A stretch of 24,678 nucleotides of DNA from a virus (taxonomy: Duplodnaviria; Caudoviricetes). Location of the stretch: positions 1 through 24,678 of IMG/VR virus record IMGVR_UViG_3300020042_005096; one strand, written 5' to 3'. The number at the start of each line of letters is the position of its first letter. Positions within the stretch are counted from its first letter, which is position 1. The position numbers were made by a program, and so were the translations under genes. Below, one piece after another: positions 17,787 to 24,678 of the stretch. The notes beneath the pieces were generated by a model that searched no databases, was not told where the DNA came from, and saw nothing but the letters and a program-made list of their open reading frames with translations.

Positions 17787-18245
17787 ATGCCAAAAATTAC
17801 ACAAATTTCAGATGCTTGTATTGACTTAGTAAAGTCATTTGAGGGTTTTTTTAGTAAGCCTTATTTATGTCCTGCAAATGTACCAACAATAGGCTATGGC
17901 ACTATTCTATACCCTAATGGCAAAAAAGTAACTTTACAAGACTTGCCTATTGACGAAAAGAAAGCTATTGAGTTTATGAGGTTTGAACTAAACCAAAAAG
18001 CAAAGGAAGTTGATGCAATGACAACAGATGCCGTTAATCAAAGGCAATTTGATTCGTTGGTATCATTTGCTTACAATTGTGGAAGTGGAGCTTTAAAAGG
18101 TTCTACTTTGCTAAAACGTGTTAATGCTAACCCACAAGACTTAAGTATTGTAGATGCGTTTTTAATGTGGACTAAAGCGGATGGAAAAACCTTAAATGGA
18201 CTGGTTCGCAGAAGAAAAGCCGAAGCAAAACTATATTTTAGTTAA
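17787..18245 (+). CDS. endolysin, GH24 phage lysozyme
   Basis: FEG.....YLCPANVPTIGYG (E-x8-C-x5-T triad), QFDSLVSFAYNCG, GLVRRRKAE. Confidence 0.92.
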   Translation: MPKITQISDACIDLVKSFEGFFSKPYLCPANVPTIGYGTILYPNGKKVTLQDLPIDEKKAIEFMRFELNQKAKEVDAMTTDAVNQRQFDSLVSFAYNCGSGALKGSTLLKRVNANPQDLSIVDAFLMWTKADGKTLNGLVRRRKAEAKLYFS

Positions 18246-18298
18246 TAACCTTATTGCTACCTTAGCAATGTTCAGGGTGTTTTTTTTCATAAGCAGTT

Positions 18299-18333
18299 AC
18301 CCCGTTTAGTTTCTACTTGACGGGGTTTTGTTT
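18299..18333. terminator. terminator between convergent late and early operons
   Basis: ACCCCGT...ACGGGGT stem followed by TTTGTTT; lies between convergent genes. Confidence 0.75.
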
Positions 18334-18580
18334 ATAGTTTTGAGTTTAAAAATTCATTAGTTAAATCAATTAATTTAACATTTTTGCCACCGCATATTTC
18401 AAAAGAAGATTGTTTGCTAATGCCAAATTTTATAGCATCACTAATTACTTTTTCAAGTTCTTCTTTGCTTAAAACATTAATACACTTGCACCTATTATAT
18501 TCTTTTATTGGATATTCTTTGCCGTTGGCATCAAATACAACGTTGCTAACGTTATCGTAGTATATGGTATTATTTGACAT
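18332..18580 (-). CDS. hypothetical protein (starts inside an attC-like hairpin)
   Basis: 82 aa ORF. Its 5' codons (..DNVSNV..) are encoded by the attC-like arm and the GTTAGCA box. Confidence 0.55.
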   Translation of the reverse strand: MSNNTIYYDNVSNVVFDANGKEYPIKEYNRCKCINVLSKEELEKVISDAIKFGISKQSSFEICGGKNVKLIDLTNEFLNSKL

Positions 18581-18627
18581 TGATAATTAATTGATTAATG
18601 TTGAGTGCTTATATTAGAGAGTTAGCG
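18544..18627. mobile_element. degenerate attC-like site (84 bp)
   Basis: TGCTAAC (18544-18550) ... GTTAGCG (18621-18627), with internal imperfect arms TGACATTGAT/ATTAATGTTG. Confidence 0.5.
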
Positions 18628-18633
18628 GCAACC

Positions 18634-18882
18634 CTAAAGAGACTGCAACTCACTTTCAAGATCTATTAGTTTTTGGTTGTATTCGGACAAAATCAATTTA
18701 CCGACAATACGAAAAAGGCTTTCAGGAACTTCAATACTTTCGTCAAGTCCATTGACCTTTAAATATGTTTTTCTAATAACAACACTTTCTGATTGTGTGT
18801 AATTAGCTGCTTTTATGTTAGCCTTGCAGTTTTCAATTTCTTTGGCAATTTTGTTGCCTTTTTCTAATTTTTCTAAATTCAT
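18634..18882 (-). CDS. hypothetical protein, cargo of an integron-like gene cassette
   Basis: 82 aa (MNLEKLEKGNKIAKEIE...ELQSL). Flanked by inverted ends GTTAGCGGCAACC (18621-18633) and GGCAGCCGCTAAC (18906-18918). Confidence 0.7.
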   Translation of the reverse strand: MNLEKLEKGNKIAKEIENCKANIKAANYTQSESVVIRKTYLKVNGLDESIEVPESLFRIVGKLILSEYNQKLIDLESELQSL

Positions 18883-18911
18883 TTTTATTTTGATTTGTGA
18901 AGAATGGCAGC

Positions 18912-19042
18912 CGCTAACAAGTGCTATAAAATATGGCGGCTGACGTGCTTTGATTAAACATTTGTACTAATTTAAACTTTGGTGCTTCGTATTGGGATTT
19001 CTGCTAAAAAACCGCCACATCGTATAGCACCATACGTTGGCG
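18912..19042. mobile_element. attC-like recombination site (131 bp imperfect palindrome)
   Basis: CGCTAAC-aa-GTGCTATA-aa-ATATGGCGG ... CCGCCACAT-cg-TATAGCAC-catac-GTTGGCG. AAC/GTT core boxes, an asymmetric unpaired spacer and inner arms are all visible. Confidence 0.7.
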
Positions 19043-19094
19043 GTAATACTACATTCCGTACTTCGATTTAAGCTGTTCTAATTGTTGCGTTAGG

Positions 19095-19370
19095 TTAGAA
19101 TGGTAAGTCAGTTGATAAATCAACTTCAACTGCTCTCACTTGTTGCACTTGCTTTGCAATGTATTTAACATTGCCTAATATTGCACCTTTAACACCAGCT
19201 TCTCTATCTTCTTTGCTTACGTTTTGAACTACCATACCAATATTGCCATACTGGTCAGGTTCGTCTTTCATTAAAATAGTTGCATCTAAATAAGTTCCTT
19301 TGTCACCTTTGTACAACTTTTCTTTGCTAATTTTTGTTACATCTAATTTGATGCTGATATTTGTTGCCAT
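19095..19370 (-). CDS. putative single-stranded DNA-binding protein
   Basis: 91 aa with KLDVTKI..GDKGTYLD..DQYGN..ILGNVK and an acidic C-terminal DLPF tail. In the same operon as ERF. Confidence 0.65.
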   Translation of the reverse strand: MATNISIKLDVTKISKEKLYKGDKGTYLDATILMKDEPDQYGNIGMVVQNVSKEDREAGVKGAILGNVKYIAKQVQQVRAVEVDLSTDLPF

Positions 19371-19401
19371 AATTTATGCGTAACTCCGCCGAGTTTGGTT
19401 A

Positions 19402-19503
19402 TTAAAAATCGTTTTCTGTAAAATTAAAATCGTTGAACTCATCAACTTTATCATCTATCCAATTGCATAGCAAGTAGCCTAAATTTCTAAGTATGTTTAT
19501 CAT
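19402..19503 (-). CDS. small acidic ORF (33 aa), not in ORF track
   Basis: MINILRNLGYLLCNWIDDKVDEFNDFNFTENDF*; ATGA-coupled to the upstream gene. Confidence 0.45.
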   Translation of the reverse strand: MINILRNLGYLLCNWIDDKVDEFNDFNFTENDF

Positions 19504-19733
19504 AGTAAATCGTTTATTTTTTTACAAGCTGTTGAACGTTTCAAATCTTCTATATTAGGTTCGATAACATAATACCACTTATCAACTGGAAGTTTCAAGG
19601 TTTTAAAGTTATCAATTATTTTCTTACGTTCTGAGTAATTTCTATATGCAGCAGTTCGGCACTTTTCGCCATTATACATAACTGAAATAAAACCATTGAT
19701 AGCTACTACTTTACTTCGATTCTGTATTGACAT
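19500..19733 (-). CDS. hypothetical protein
   Basis: 77 aa ORF in the tightly packed leftward operon. Confidence 0.55.
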   Translation of the reverse strand: MSIQNRSKVVAINGFISVMYNGEKCRTAAYRNYSERKKIIDNFKTLKLPVDKWYYVIEPNIEDLKRSTACKKINDLL

Positions 19734-19905
19734 TTGGCTTTAATTTTAAAATAAATTTTGCAACACAATACTCATTTATTTGATTCATAAGGTTAGGTCT
19801 ATCCCAATAAAAAAAACTTATTTTTTTAGTTGAATTAAAATTGTGTTGATAACAGATGTAATTTTTTGCATCTAAACTCTCGTTTTTAAAATGATCTACT
19901 TGCAT
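19711..19905 (-). CDS. hypothetical protein
   Basis: 64 aa ORF overlapping both neighbours in the operon. Confidence 0.5.
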   Translation of the reverse strand: MQVDHFKNESLDAKNYICYQHNFNSTKKISFFYWDRPNLMNQINEYCVAKFILKLKPNVNTESK

Positions 19906-20237
19906 TTGTAATGTTTATAATTTTGAATAATAAAATTTAACTCATCCTCATACTTTTTTGCAGTTGGGAAAATATGGCTCATTGATTTATAAATGGCTAA
20001 CATTTCTTTGCTTTCTAAATGTGCTGCAACAAATTTAGTTATTGGCATAGGTTGAAAATCTGCCATAGTTAGATTGAGTGCCTGGTTCTTAGTTAAACCT
20101 TCTAAGCAATCAGTTACTTGATTTCGCCATTGCATTACTTGTAATTCATACTGAGTATGTAAGAATGTTCTAAATTGCAACTCTTCATTTTGCTTTGCTA
20201 ATTGTGCAGTTTGTTGTGCTAATTGTACGTTATCCAT
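19896..20237 (-). CDS. hypothetical protein
   Basis: 113 aa ORF with a Q-rich helical N-terminus; short overlaps with neighbours. Confidence 0.6.
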   Translation of the reverse strand: MDNVQLAQQTAQLAKQNEELQFRTFLHTQYELQVMQWRNQVTDCLEGLTKNQALNLTMADFQPMPITKFVAAHLESKEMLAIYKSMSHIFPTAKKYEDELNFIIQNYKHYKCK

Positions 20238-20418
20238 TTTCCACCTCCTTTATTAAAAGTTTTGCAAAGAATATAGAATCGCTAACAGCAGATTCTTTTT
20301 CGGTATAAATTTCATCAAGTAGCAATATTGGCAATAATGCAGCTGCTAATTTAGTGACTTTTCTTTTGTAGAAATAGGCTTTAATTTTATTGAACATTTG
20401 GCAAAGTTTTAGTGTCAA
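20230..20418 (-). CDS. hypothetical protein (probable start ATG at 20397)
   Basis: MFNKIKAYF...EVENG; overlaps the start of the next gene. Confidence 0.5.
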   Translation of the reverse strand: MTLKLCQMFNKIKAYFYKRKVTKLAAALLPILLLDEIYTEKESAVSDSIFFAKLLIKEVENG

Positions 20419-20668
20419 TAATATTAATTATTTGGTTCGCTAATTTGAAGCAATATTTTAATTGAACATCATTACAACCACCAACCCTTGACACTTCAGC
20501 AGCTACTAATGTAGTAATAATATCCATTAGTTTAAAGTTATGTCGGCTTTCCATATCCATTTCATCATCAACAGGTTCAAATTTGCTTAAAATTGTTTCA
20601 ATTGATAGGCTTGATGTTCTTGCATTAACCGCAGCCATAGTTATTTGTTCGTGTGTGTAAAGTTTCAT
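20387..20668 (-). CDS. hypothetical protein
   Basis: 93 aa starting MKLYTHEQI, 5 nt after the ERF stop. Confidence 0.6.
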   Translation of the reverse strand: MKLYTHEQITMAAVNARTSSLSIETILSKFEPVDDEMDMESRHNFKLMDIITTLVAAEVSRVGGCNDVQLKYCFKLANQIINIIDTKTLPNVQ

Positions 20669-20673
20669 TTTGT

Positions 20674-21183
20674 TTAAATTTTAGAGTTTTTTAATAATTG
20701 TAATTGTTCTTGTTGTGATGGTGTTAATTCAAAAGCCTCGATTGCTTCAAAAGTTGTTTTGCCAGATTTCAATGCAGTAATAGCGTTCTCAAATCTAGCT
20801 GCATCAATAGGCTGTTTTTTAGGCTCAATACTATCTGCATCGGCTTCGCTTTCATCAATTAGGAATAAACCATTTAAAGCGTATTTACGGGCGTAACTTG
20901 AAGCTGTGCCAGTTGATTGTTCGCTTGACATTCCTTTATGATCAGACATTTCAGCAAAGCCATTAACACTTACTTCGCCTATTGCAGCGGTTGATTTTAA
21001 AAAAAACTTATTGCCAATAAATACTATCTCATCTGTAATAGTTAAAATAGCTTTATGCTTTAATAATATAGGCTTTACAGCTTCTAATATTTGCTCGGCA
21101 GTTCTGTATTTGTATTTGCCGAATGAGTTATATTTTCCCTTTGGTACTTTTAACTCGGTTTGAATTTTTACAAGTGCTTCCAT
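20674..21183 (-). CDS. erf: ERF-family ssDNA annealing protein (recombinase)
   Basis: KIQTELKVPKGKYNSFGKYKYRTAEQILEAVKP and QSTGTASSYARKYALNGLFLID..DAD are ERF signatures. The likely start is the ATG at 21183. Confidence 0.88.
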   Translation of the reverse strand: MEALVKIQTELKVPKGKYNSFGKYKYRTAEQILEAVKPILLKHKAILTITDEIVFIGNKFFLKSTAAIGEVSVNGFAEMSDHKGMSSEQSTGTASSYARKYALNGLFLIDESEADADSIEPKKQPIDAARFENAITALKSGKTTFEAIEAFELTPSQQEQLQLLKNSKI

Positions 21184-21188
21184 TTTGT

Positions 21189-21383
21189 TTAATTGTTTGG
21201 GTTTAATAAATTGTGTTGATATACTTCGTAAGAAGTGCTGCAAACATTTTGGTTAAATGATGTTTTAGCACGTTTATAAGTTGGTACTGGTTCTGCTTTT
21301 GGTTGCCAGTTTCTTTGTTCGATTTCTAACTGAATACTCATTGCAGTTGGTTCGTTTGAGTAAAGGTTGTTATCTACTTGCAT
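21189..21383 (-). CDS. hypothetical protein
   Basis: 64 aa ORF ending 5 nt before the ERF start. Confidence 0.5.
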   Translation of the reverse strand: MQVDNNLYSNEPTAMSIQLEIEQRNWQPKAEPVPTYKRAKTSFNQNVCSTSYEVYQHNLLNPNN

Positions 21384-21451
21384 ATATCGTCTTGAATGTA
21401 ACCAGCGATAGCTAGTAAGATTAATAAATAGATTAGTGTTTTAATTTTCAT
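21374..21451 (-). CDS. small membrane peptide (25 aa), not in ORF track
   Basis: MKIKTLIYLLILLAIAGYIQDDICK*. First ORF after the promoter at 21472-21479, with an A-rich leader. Confidence 0.5.
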   Translation of the reverse strand: MKIKTLIYLLILLAIAGYIQDDICK

Positions 21452-21471
21452 AATTTTTTTCTTTTGTTACA

Positions 21472-21479
21472 CAAAGATA
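21472..21479 (-). promoter_or_regulatory. Bacteroidota sigma-A -7 element driving the leftward early operon
   Basis: The minus strand reads TAtcTTTG, a perfect TAnnTTTG, 20 nt upstream of the ATG at 21451. Confidence 0.7.
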
Positions 21480-21530
21480 GGAGTGTGTTTGATATTATAT
21501 AAAATATTTTACGCAATCAGTTTCGTAGAT

Positions 21531-21671
21531 TTATTTTGTTGCTAATATCTTTTCCCTTACTGCAACAGTTAGGCTTTTAAACTTTTTCAATACTTCTTTT
21601 TTTTCGCTGTCTGTAAGATATGCAGCTACTAACTTTACTTTGTCTTTGTCTTGTTTTTTTGGTCGTGCCAT
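21531..21671 (-). CDS. small ribbon-helix-helix-like DNA-binding regulator (46 aa), not in ORF track
   Basis: MARPKKQDKDKVKLVAAYLTDSEKKEVLKKFKSLTVAVREKILATK*: RPKK, then a beta strand, LT.SE helix and a second helix. Located at the divergence point. Confidence 0.6.
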   Translation of the reverse strand: MARPKKQDKDKVKLVAAYLTDSEKKEVLKKFKSLTVAVREKILATK

Positions 21672-21685
21672 AATTTTTATTTTTG

Positions 21686-21693
21686 CGAAGATA
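21686..21693 (-). promoter_or_regulatory. near-consensus -7 promoter element for the RHH-like gene
   Basis: The minus strand reads TAtcTTCG (one mismatch), 14 nt upstream of the ATG at 21671. Confidence 0.45.
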
Positions 21694-21718
21694 TAATATT
21701 TTATAAAATAAAAAAATA

Positions 21719-21749
21719 TTTGTTTGTTTCAATTTATTTTATAGTTTTG
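21719..21749 (+). promoter_or_regulatory. Bacteroidota sigma-A promoter (-33/-7) for the rightward operon
   Basis: TTTG (21719-21722), a 19-nt spacer, then TAgtTTTG (21742-21749); ATG at 21772. Confidence 0.75.
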
Positions 21750-21771
21750 CATTTCAACAAAATTTTAAACA

Positions 21772-22089
21772 ATGACAAAGTATTACAAAGCGAAAGTCAA
21801 GATTGATTTTTTAGAAACAAACGAGCCACTAACTAAAGTATCTGCTAACAAGTATCAAGGCAATGACGGGTTAGAATTTAACATTGACGATAGCAATGTT
21901 GAATATTACCCTACTTGGTGCGAAATGATACAGCAAGAACGCTATCAGTTACTCGGCGAGTTAGTTGATGCAATGGTTTATTCACCAGTTGCAGTTATTG
22001 AAGTGCAACAGATAGTTAGCAGCTTTAAAGAACGTGGATTAGTTAAATCAATTATTAACCCTATAAATATTGAAAGTAATGGAATATAA
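21772..22089 (+). CDS. hypothetical protein
   Basis: 105 aa, first gene after the rightward promoter. Confidence 0.65.
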   Translation: MTKYYKAKVKIDFLETNEPLTKVSANKYQGNDGLEFNIDDSNVEYYPTWCEMIQQERYQLLGELVDAMVYSPVAVIEVQQIVSSFKERGLVKSIINPINIESNGI

Positions 22090-23095
22090 TGAGTTTTTGA
22101 AAAACAAAGTTGTTATTGCTGAAAATTTCGGCATAAATACAACTGATATTAAATTGACTAAAAAATTATTTCCACATCAAAAAGATATAGTTAACTTTTG
22201 TTTAGAAGGTGGCAGACGTGCGATTTTCGCAAGTTTCGGATTAGGCAAAACTTTTATGCAGCTTGAAATTGCTAAACAGTTAATTAGCATTTATAAAAAG
22301 CCTTTTTTAATATGCTGCCCTTTAGGTGTTAGTGGTGAGTTTAAGCGTGATAATGATAAACTTAAAACAGGTTTTAAAATTAGTTATATAACCGACACAG
22401 ATAGCATTGAAACATACGAGCCTCAGATATATCTTACAAATTATGAACGTGTAAGAATGGGCGATATTGATGCTGAAAAGTTTTGCGGTGTATCTTTTGA
22501 TGAAGCTAGTATATTACGTAATCTTCAAACAGAAACAACTCAAACTGTTTTAAAATATTTTAGAAAGGTAAACTTTAGATTTGTTGCAACTGCAACTCCA
22601 ACGCCAAATGATTTTATTGAGATTCTAAACTATGCAGATTATTTAGGTGTAATCAGTAGAGGACACGCCTTAACTCGCTTTTTTCAAAGAGATTCTACAA
22701 AAGCTGGGCAACTTAAACTTTATGAAAATAAGAAAAAAGAGTTTTGGCAATGGGTGTCAACGTGGGCAGCATTTATAAACACACCTGCGGATTTAGGATA
22801 TGATGCAACAGGCTATGATATGCCACCTATAAACATAGTAGAACATTGTATTTCTTACGATATAAAAGAGCAACCAAAAAATAAGTGGGGTGAAGCTATT
22901 TTATTTAAAGATTTAAGTAAATCGCTTTTAGAAGTTAGTAGAGAAAAAAGAGATAGCCTTTGTGCTAGAATAAACAAAGCTACTGAAATTGCTGAAACAC
23001 TAAATGGCAATGCTATTATATGGCATCATTTAGAAGCTGAAAGATGTTTGCTTGAAAGCAACTTTAAAGGTCAAAATTACACATCTGTTTATGGT
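22070..23095 (+). pseudogene. N-terminal half of an SNF2-like helicase/DNA methylase fusion, interrupted at about 23095
   Basis: Motifs LFPHQ, FASFGLGKT (I), FDEAS (II), ATATP (III) and IIWHHLEAE (IV) are present. The reading ends at SVYG, then runs into antisense sequence until the stop at 23155. Motifs V and VI are missing. Probable start is the ATG at 22079. Confidence 0.8.
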
Positions 23096-23096
23096 G

Positions 23097-23303
23097 TCAT
23101 ACTTTTGTTTTATCTACATTCTCCCCTTTATAAAAATGTTTATTTTGTCGAGTGATAACAGTTCCATTAATGGGATATAGTTTCTCCATTTCCTGCTCAG
23201 TTATACCACCGTTAATTTGCCATAAGCCCACTCCTTTTGAAATTAAGAAAGGAGTTTTGTTTCTGATTTGTTTGTGTTGGATAAAGTCTTTAATTAGTAG
23301 CAT
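23097..23303 (-). CDS. hypothetical protein
   Basis: 68 aa, starts 4 nt after the methylase stop and ends in an ATGA overlap. Confidence 0.6.
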   Translation of the reverse strand: MLLIKDFIQHKQIRNKTPFLISKGVGLWQINGGITEQEMEKLYPINGTVITRQNKHFYKGENVDKTKV

Positions 23304-23307
23304 ATTA

Positions 23308-24678
23308 TTAATTTATTAAGTCAAATAATGTAGGTACTGAAAGTTTATGCATCATAGCTTTTAAATAATAAACTCCATCATTAAAATATTCATTATTCAA
23401 CTCTATACTTACGGCTTTTCGTTGCATTTCTATTGCCTTATAAGCAGTTGAAAATAAACCGCCGAAAGGATCACAAATAACTTCGCCTTTCATAGTATAA
23501 CGATTAATTAAACGTTCAATAATATCAAATTGCAATGGGCAAATGTGCTTTTCTTTTTTAGTGTTTACTTGATTTGCATTTAAAGTTCTCATTCTATTTA
23601 CGTCTGTCCAAACCATATCATTATTACTATGCACTGGCAATGTCATAAATGTACTACTTAACTTTTCTAGTTCGTCCATATCTTCACAAATTCTAAGATG
23701 CTCTTTAAAGTTATAAATCTCATTGCTATTTAATTTTTTCCAAGCTGCAACAATCTTTTTAACTTCAACCTTTTCAAGTTCTTCTTTTGTCATAAATCTA
23801 TCTCCATTACTTCTTTGATAAGCGTGTGCATCTAATTGCCAAAGTGCTTTTTTATATTCTGTTTTTTCTTTTGTTACAGGGAAATCTCCATAAGCATTAT
23901 TCATTTCAGTAGGTGCTTTTCTAAATAGCAAAATATACTCAGGAAGTCCAACCCCCATTTTACTTGCATCTTTACATTGCTCACTCCAACCTAATCTATA
24001 TGTTTGGTTATTCTCTGCAACTACATCAGTAGTAACTGTTATTTTACCCATTAAATAAAATCCGTGCTTTAAAAAATGTTGGACAGTTTGCCCACTAAAA
24101 TCAGATATTGTAGTAAATGATGTGCCATTCTGATAACTATACCTAATTCTATCTTTAACGTGTATAGCTGCAATACGTCCGGGCTTTAATGTTCTCAATA
24201 AGTTAGGTGTTAAAAAGTCCATTTGCTCAAAAAACTTATCGTTGCCGTAATTATGTCCAAAATCATTATAATTATCTGAATACTCATAATGATCACCAAA
24301 AGGTATTGATGTCAAAATCATATCAATACTATTATCTGGCATTTCTTTTTTAGATTGGTGAACAGTTACAGTATCGTTATTATAAACTGTTACATTATCA
24401 TAAACTAATTTGCGACCTTTTTCAAAAATTTGACGTTCCATTTGTGATTTTATTAAGTTGTTATTTAATCCATTTTCTTTTACAAGTTCAATCATTTGCT
24501 TATTTAATTCAATATGTTTTGCCCACTTTTCTTTTAAAGTTTTCAGTGCTTCATATTCATTTTCTGTATAGACTATATGAACATTAACAACTTCTTTTTG
24601 CCCAAATCTGTAACATCTGTGAATTGCTTGAATAAAGTCGTTAAACTTATAATCAATACCTGCAAAAATCATATTGTT
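23308..24678 (-). CDS. C-terminal half of helicase-methylase fusion: helicase motif VI plus N4/N6 (beta-class) DNA methyltransferase; 5'-partial
   Basis: The frame is open to the window edge (NNMIFAG...). QAIHRCYRFGQ is helicase motif VI, TSIPF is an SPPF-like catalytic motif, and KHICPLQ and CDPFGGLFST mark the SAM-binding region. Confidence 0.85.
   Translation of the reverse strand, partial: NNMIFAGIDYKFNDFIQAIHRCYRFGQKEVVNVHIVYTENEYEALKTLKEKWAKHIELNKQMIELVKENGLNNNLIKSQMERQIFEKGRKLVYDNVTVYNNDTVTVHQSKKEMPDNSIDMILTSIPFGDHYEYSDNYNDFGHNYGNDKFFEQMDFLTPNLLRTLKPGRIAAIHVKDRIRYSYQNGTSFTTISDFSGQTVQHFLKHGFYLMGKITVTTDVVAENNQTYRLGWSEQCKDASKMGVGLPEYILLFRKAPTEMNNAYGDFPVTKEKTEYKKALWQLDAHAYQRSNGDRFMTKEELEKVEVKKIVAAWKKLNSNEIYNFKEHLRICEDMDELEKLSSTFMTLPVHSNNDMVWTDVNRMRTLNANQVNTKKEKHICPLQFDIIERLINRYTMKGEVICDPFGGLFSTAYKAIEMQRKAVSIELNNEYFNDGVYYLKAMMHKLSVPTLFDLIN

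Noticed and set aside
18253-18273. CTTAGCAATGTT could be a decayed end box closing a cassette around ORF 18332-18580
   Set aside because: It lacks the invariant GTT/AAC triplet and is explained by a local hairpin (ATTGCTA-cct-TAGCAAT) after the endolysin gene.
21184-21243. N-terminal extension of ERF given by the ORF track
   Set aside because: It overlaps the upstream gene; ERF similarity and the A-rich leader point to the ATG at 21183.
23096-23155. C-terminal 19 residues (VILLFYLHSPLYKNVYFVE) of the 361-aa helicase ORF, resembling a membrane anchor
   Set aside because: This is read-through into the antisense strand of the 68-aa gene beyond the inversion junction, not real helicase sequence.
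1-24678. tRNA, rRNA, CRISPR array, integrase, terminase, stop-codon reassignment
   Set aside because: None recognised by eye. Genes are intact and densely packed under the standard code, and all three stop codons are used.

Overview
AT-rich segment of a tailed dsDNA phage (probably a siphovirus). A Bacteroidota host is inferred from TAnnTTTG promoters, A-rich starts without Shine-Dalgarno motifs, a Gln(+1) signal peptide and a lipoprotein with an export-signal-like motif. Bases 1-18245 (+) carry the virion and lysis modules: tail genes, tape measure, multi-domain XkdF-like prohead protease, scaffold, major capsid, tail tube, extended portal, head-tail adaptor, a fibre-like protein with a signal peptide, a lipoprotein, holins, a u-spanin candidate, a metallophosphoesterase and a GH24 endolysin. 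Bases 18332-21671 (-) form an early operon (ERF recombinase, SSB-like protein, small ORFs, RHH-like regulator). A divergent operon follows from 21772. The most notable signals are: (1) two attC-like hairpins delimiting an integron-style gene cassette, with no integrase in the window; (2) an SNF2-helicase/DNA-methylase fusion gene broken by an inversion at about 23092-23096; (3) a protease polyprotein with inserted modules (one HAD-like) bounded by recurrent Phe sites; (4) envelope-targeted proteins within the virion operon; (5) a GTAC-rich palindrome cluster between the tail and head modules. All functional calls come from motif recognition and synteny only; no searches were run.
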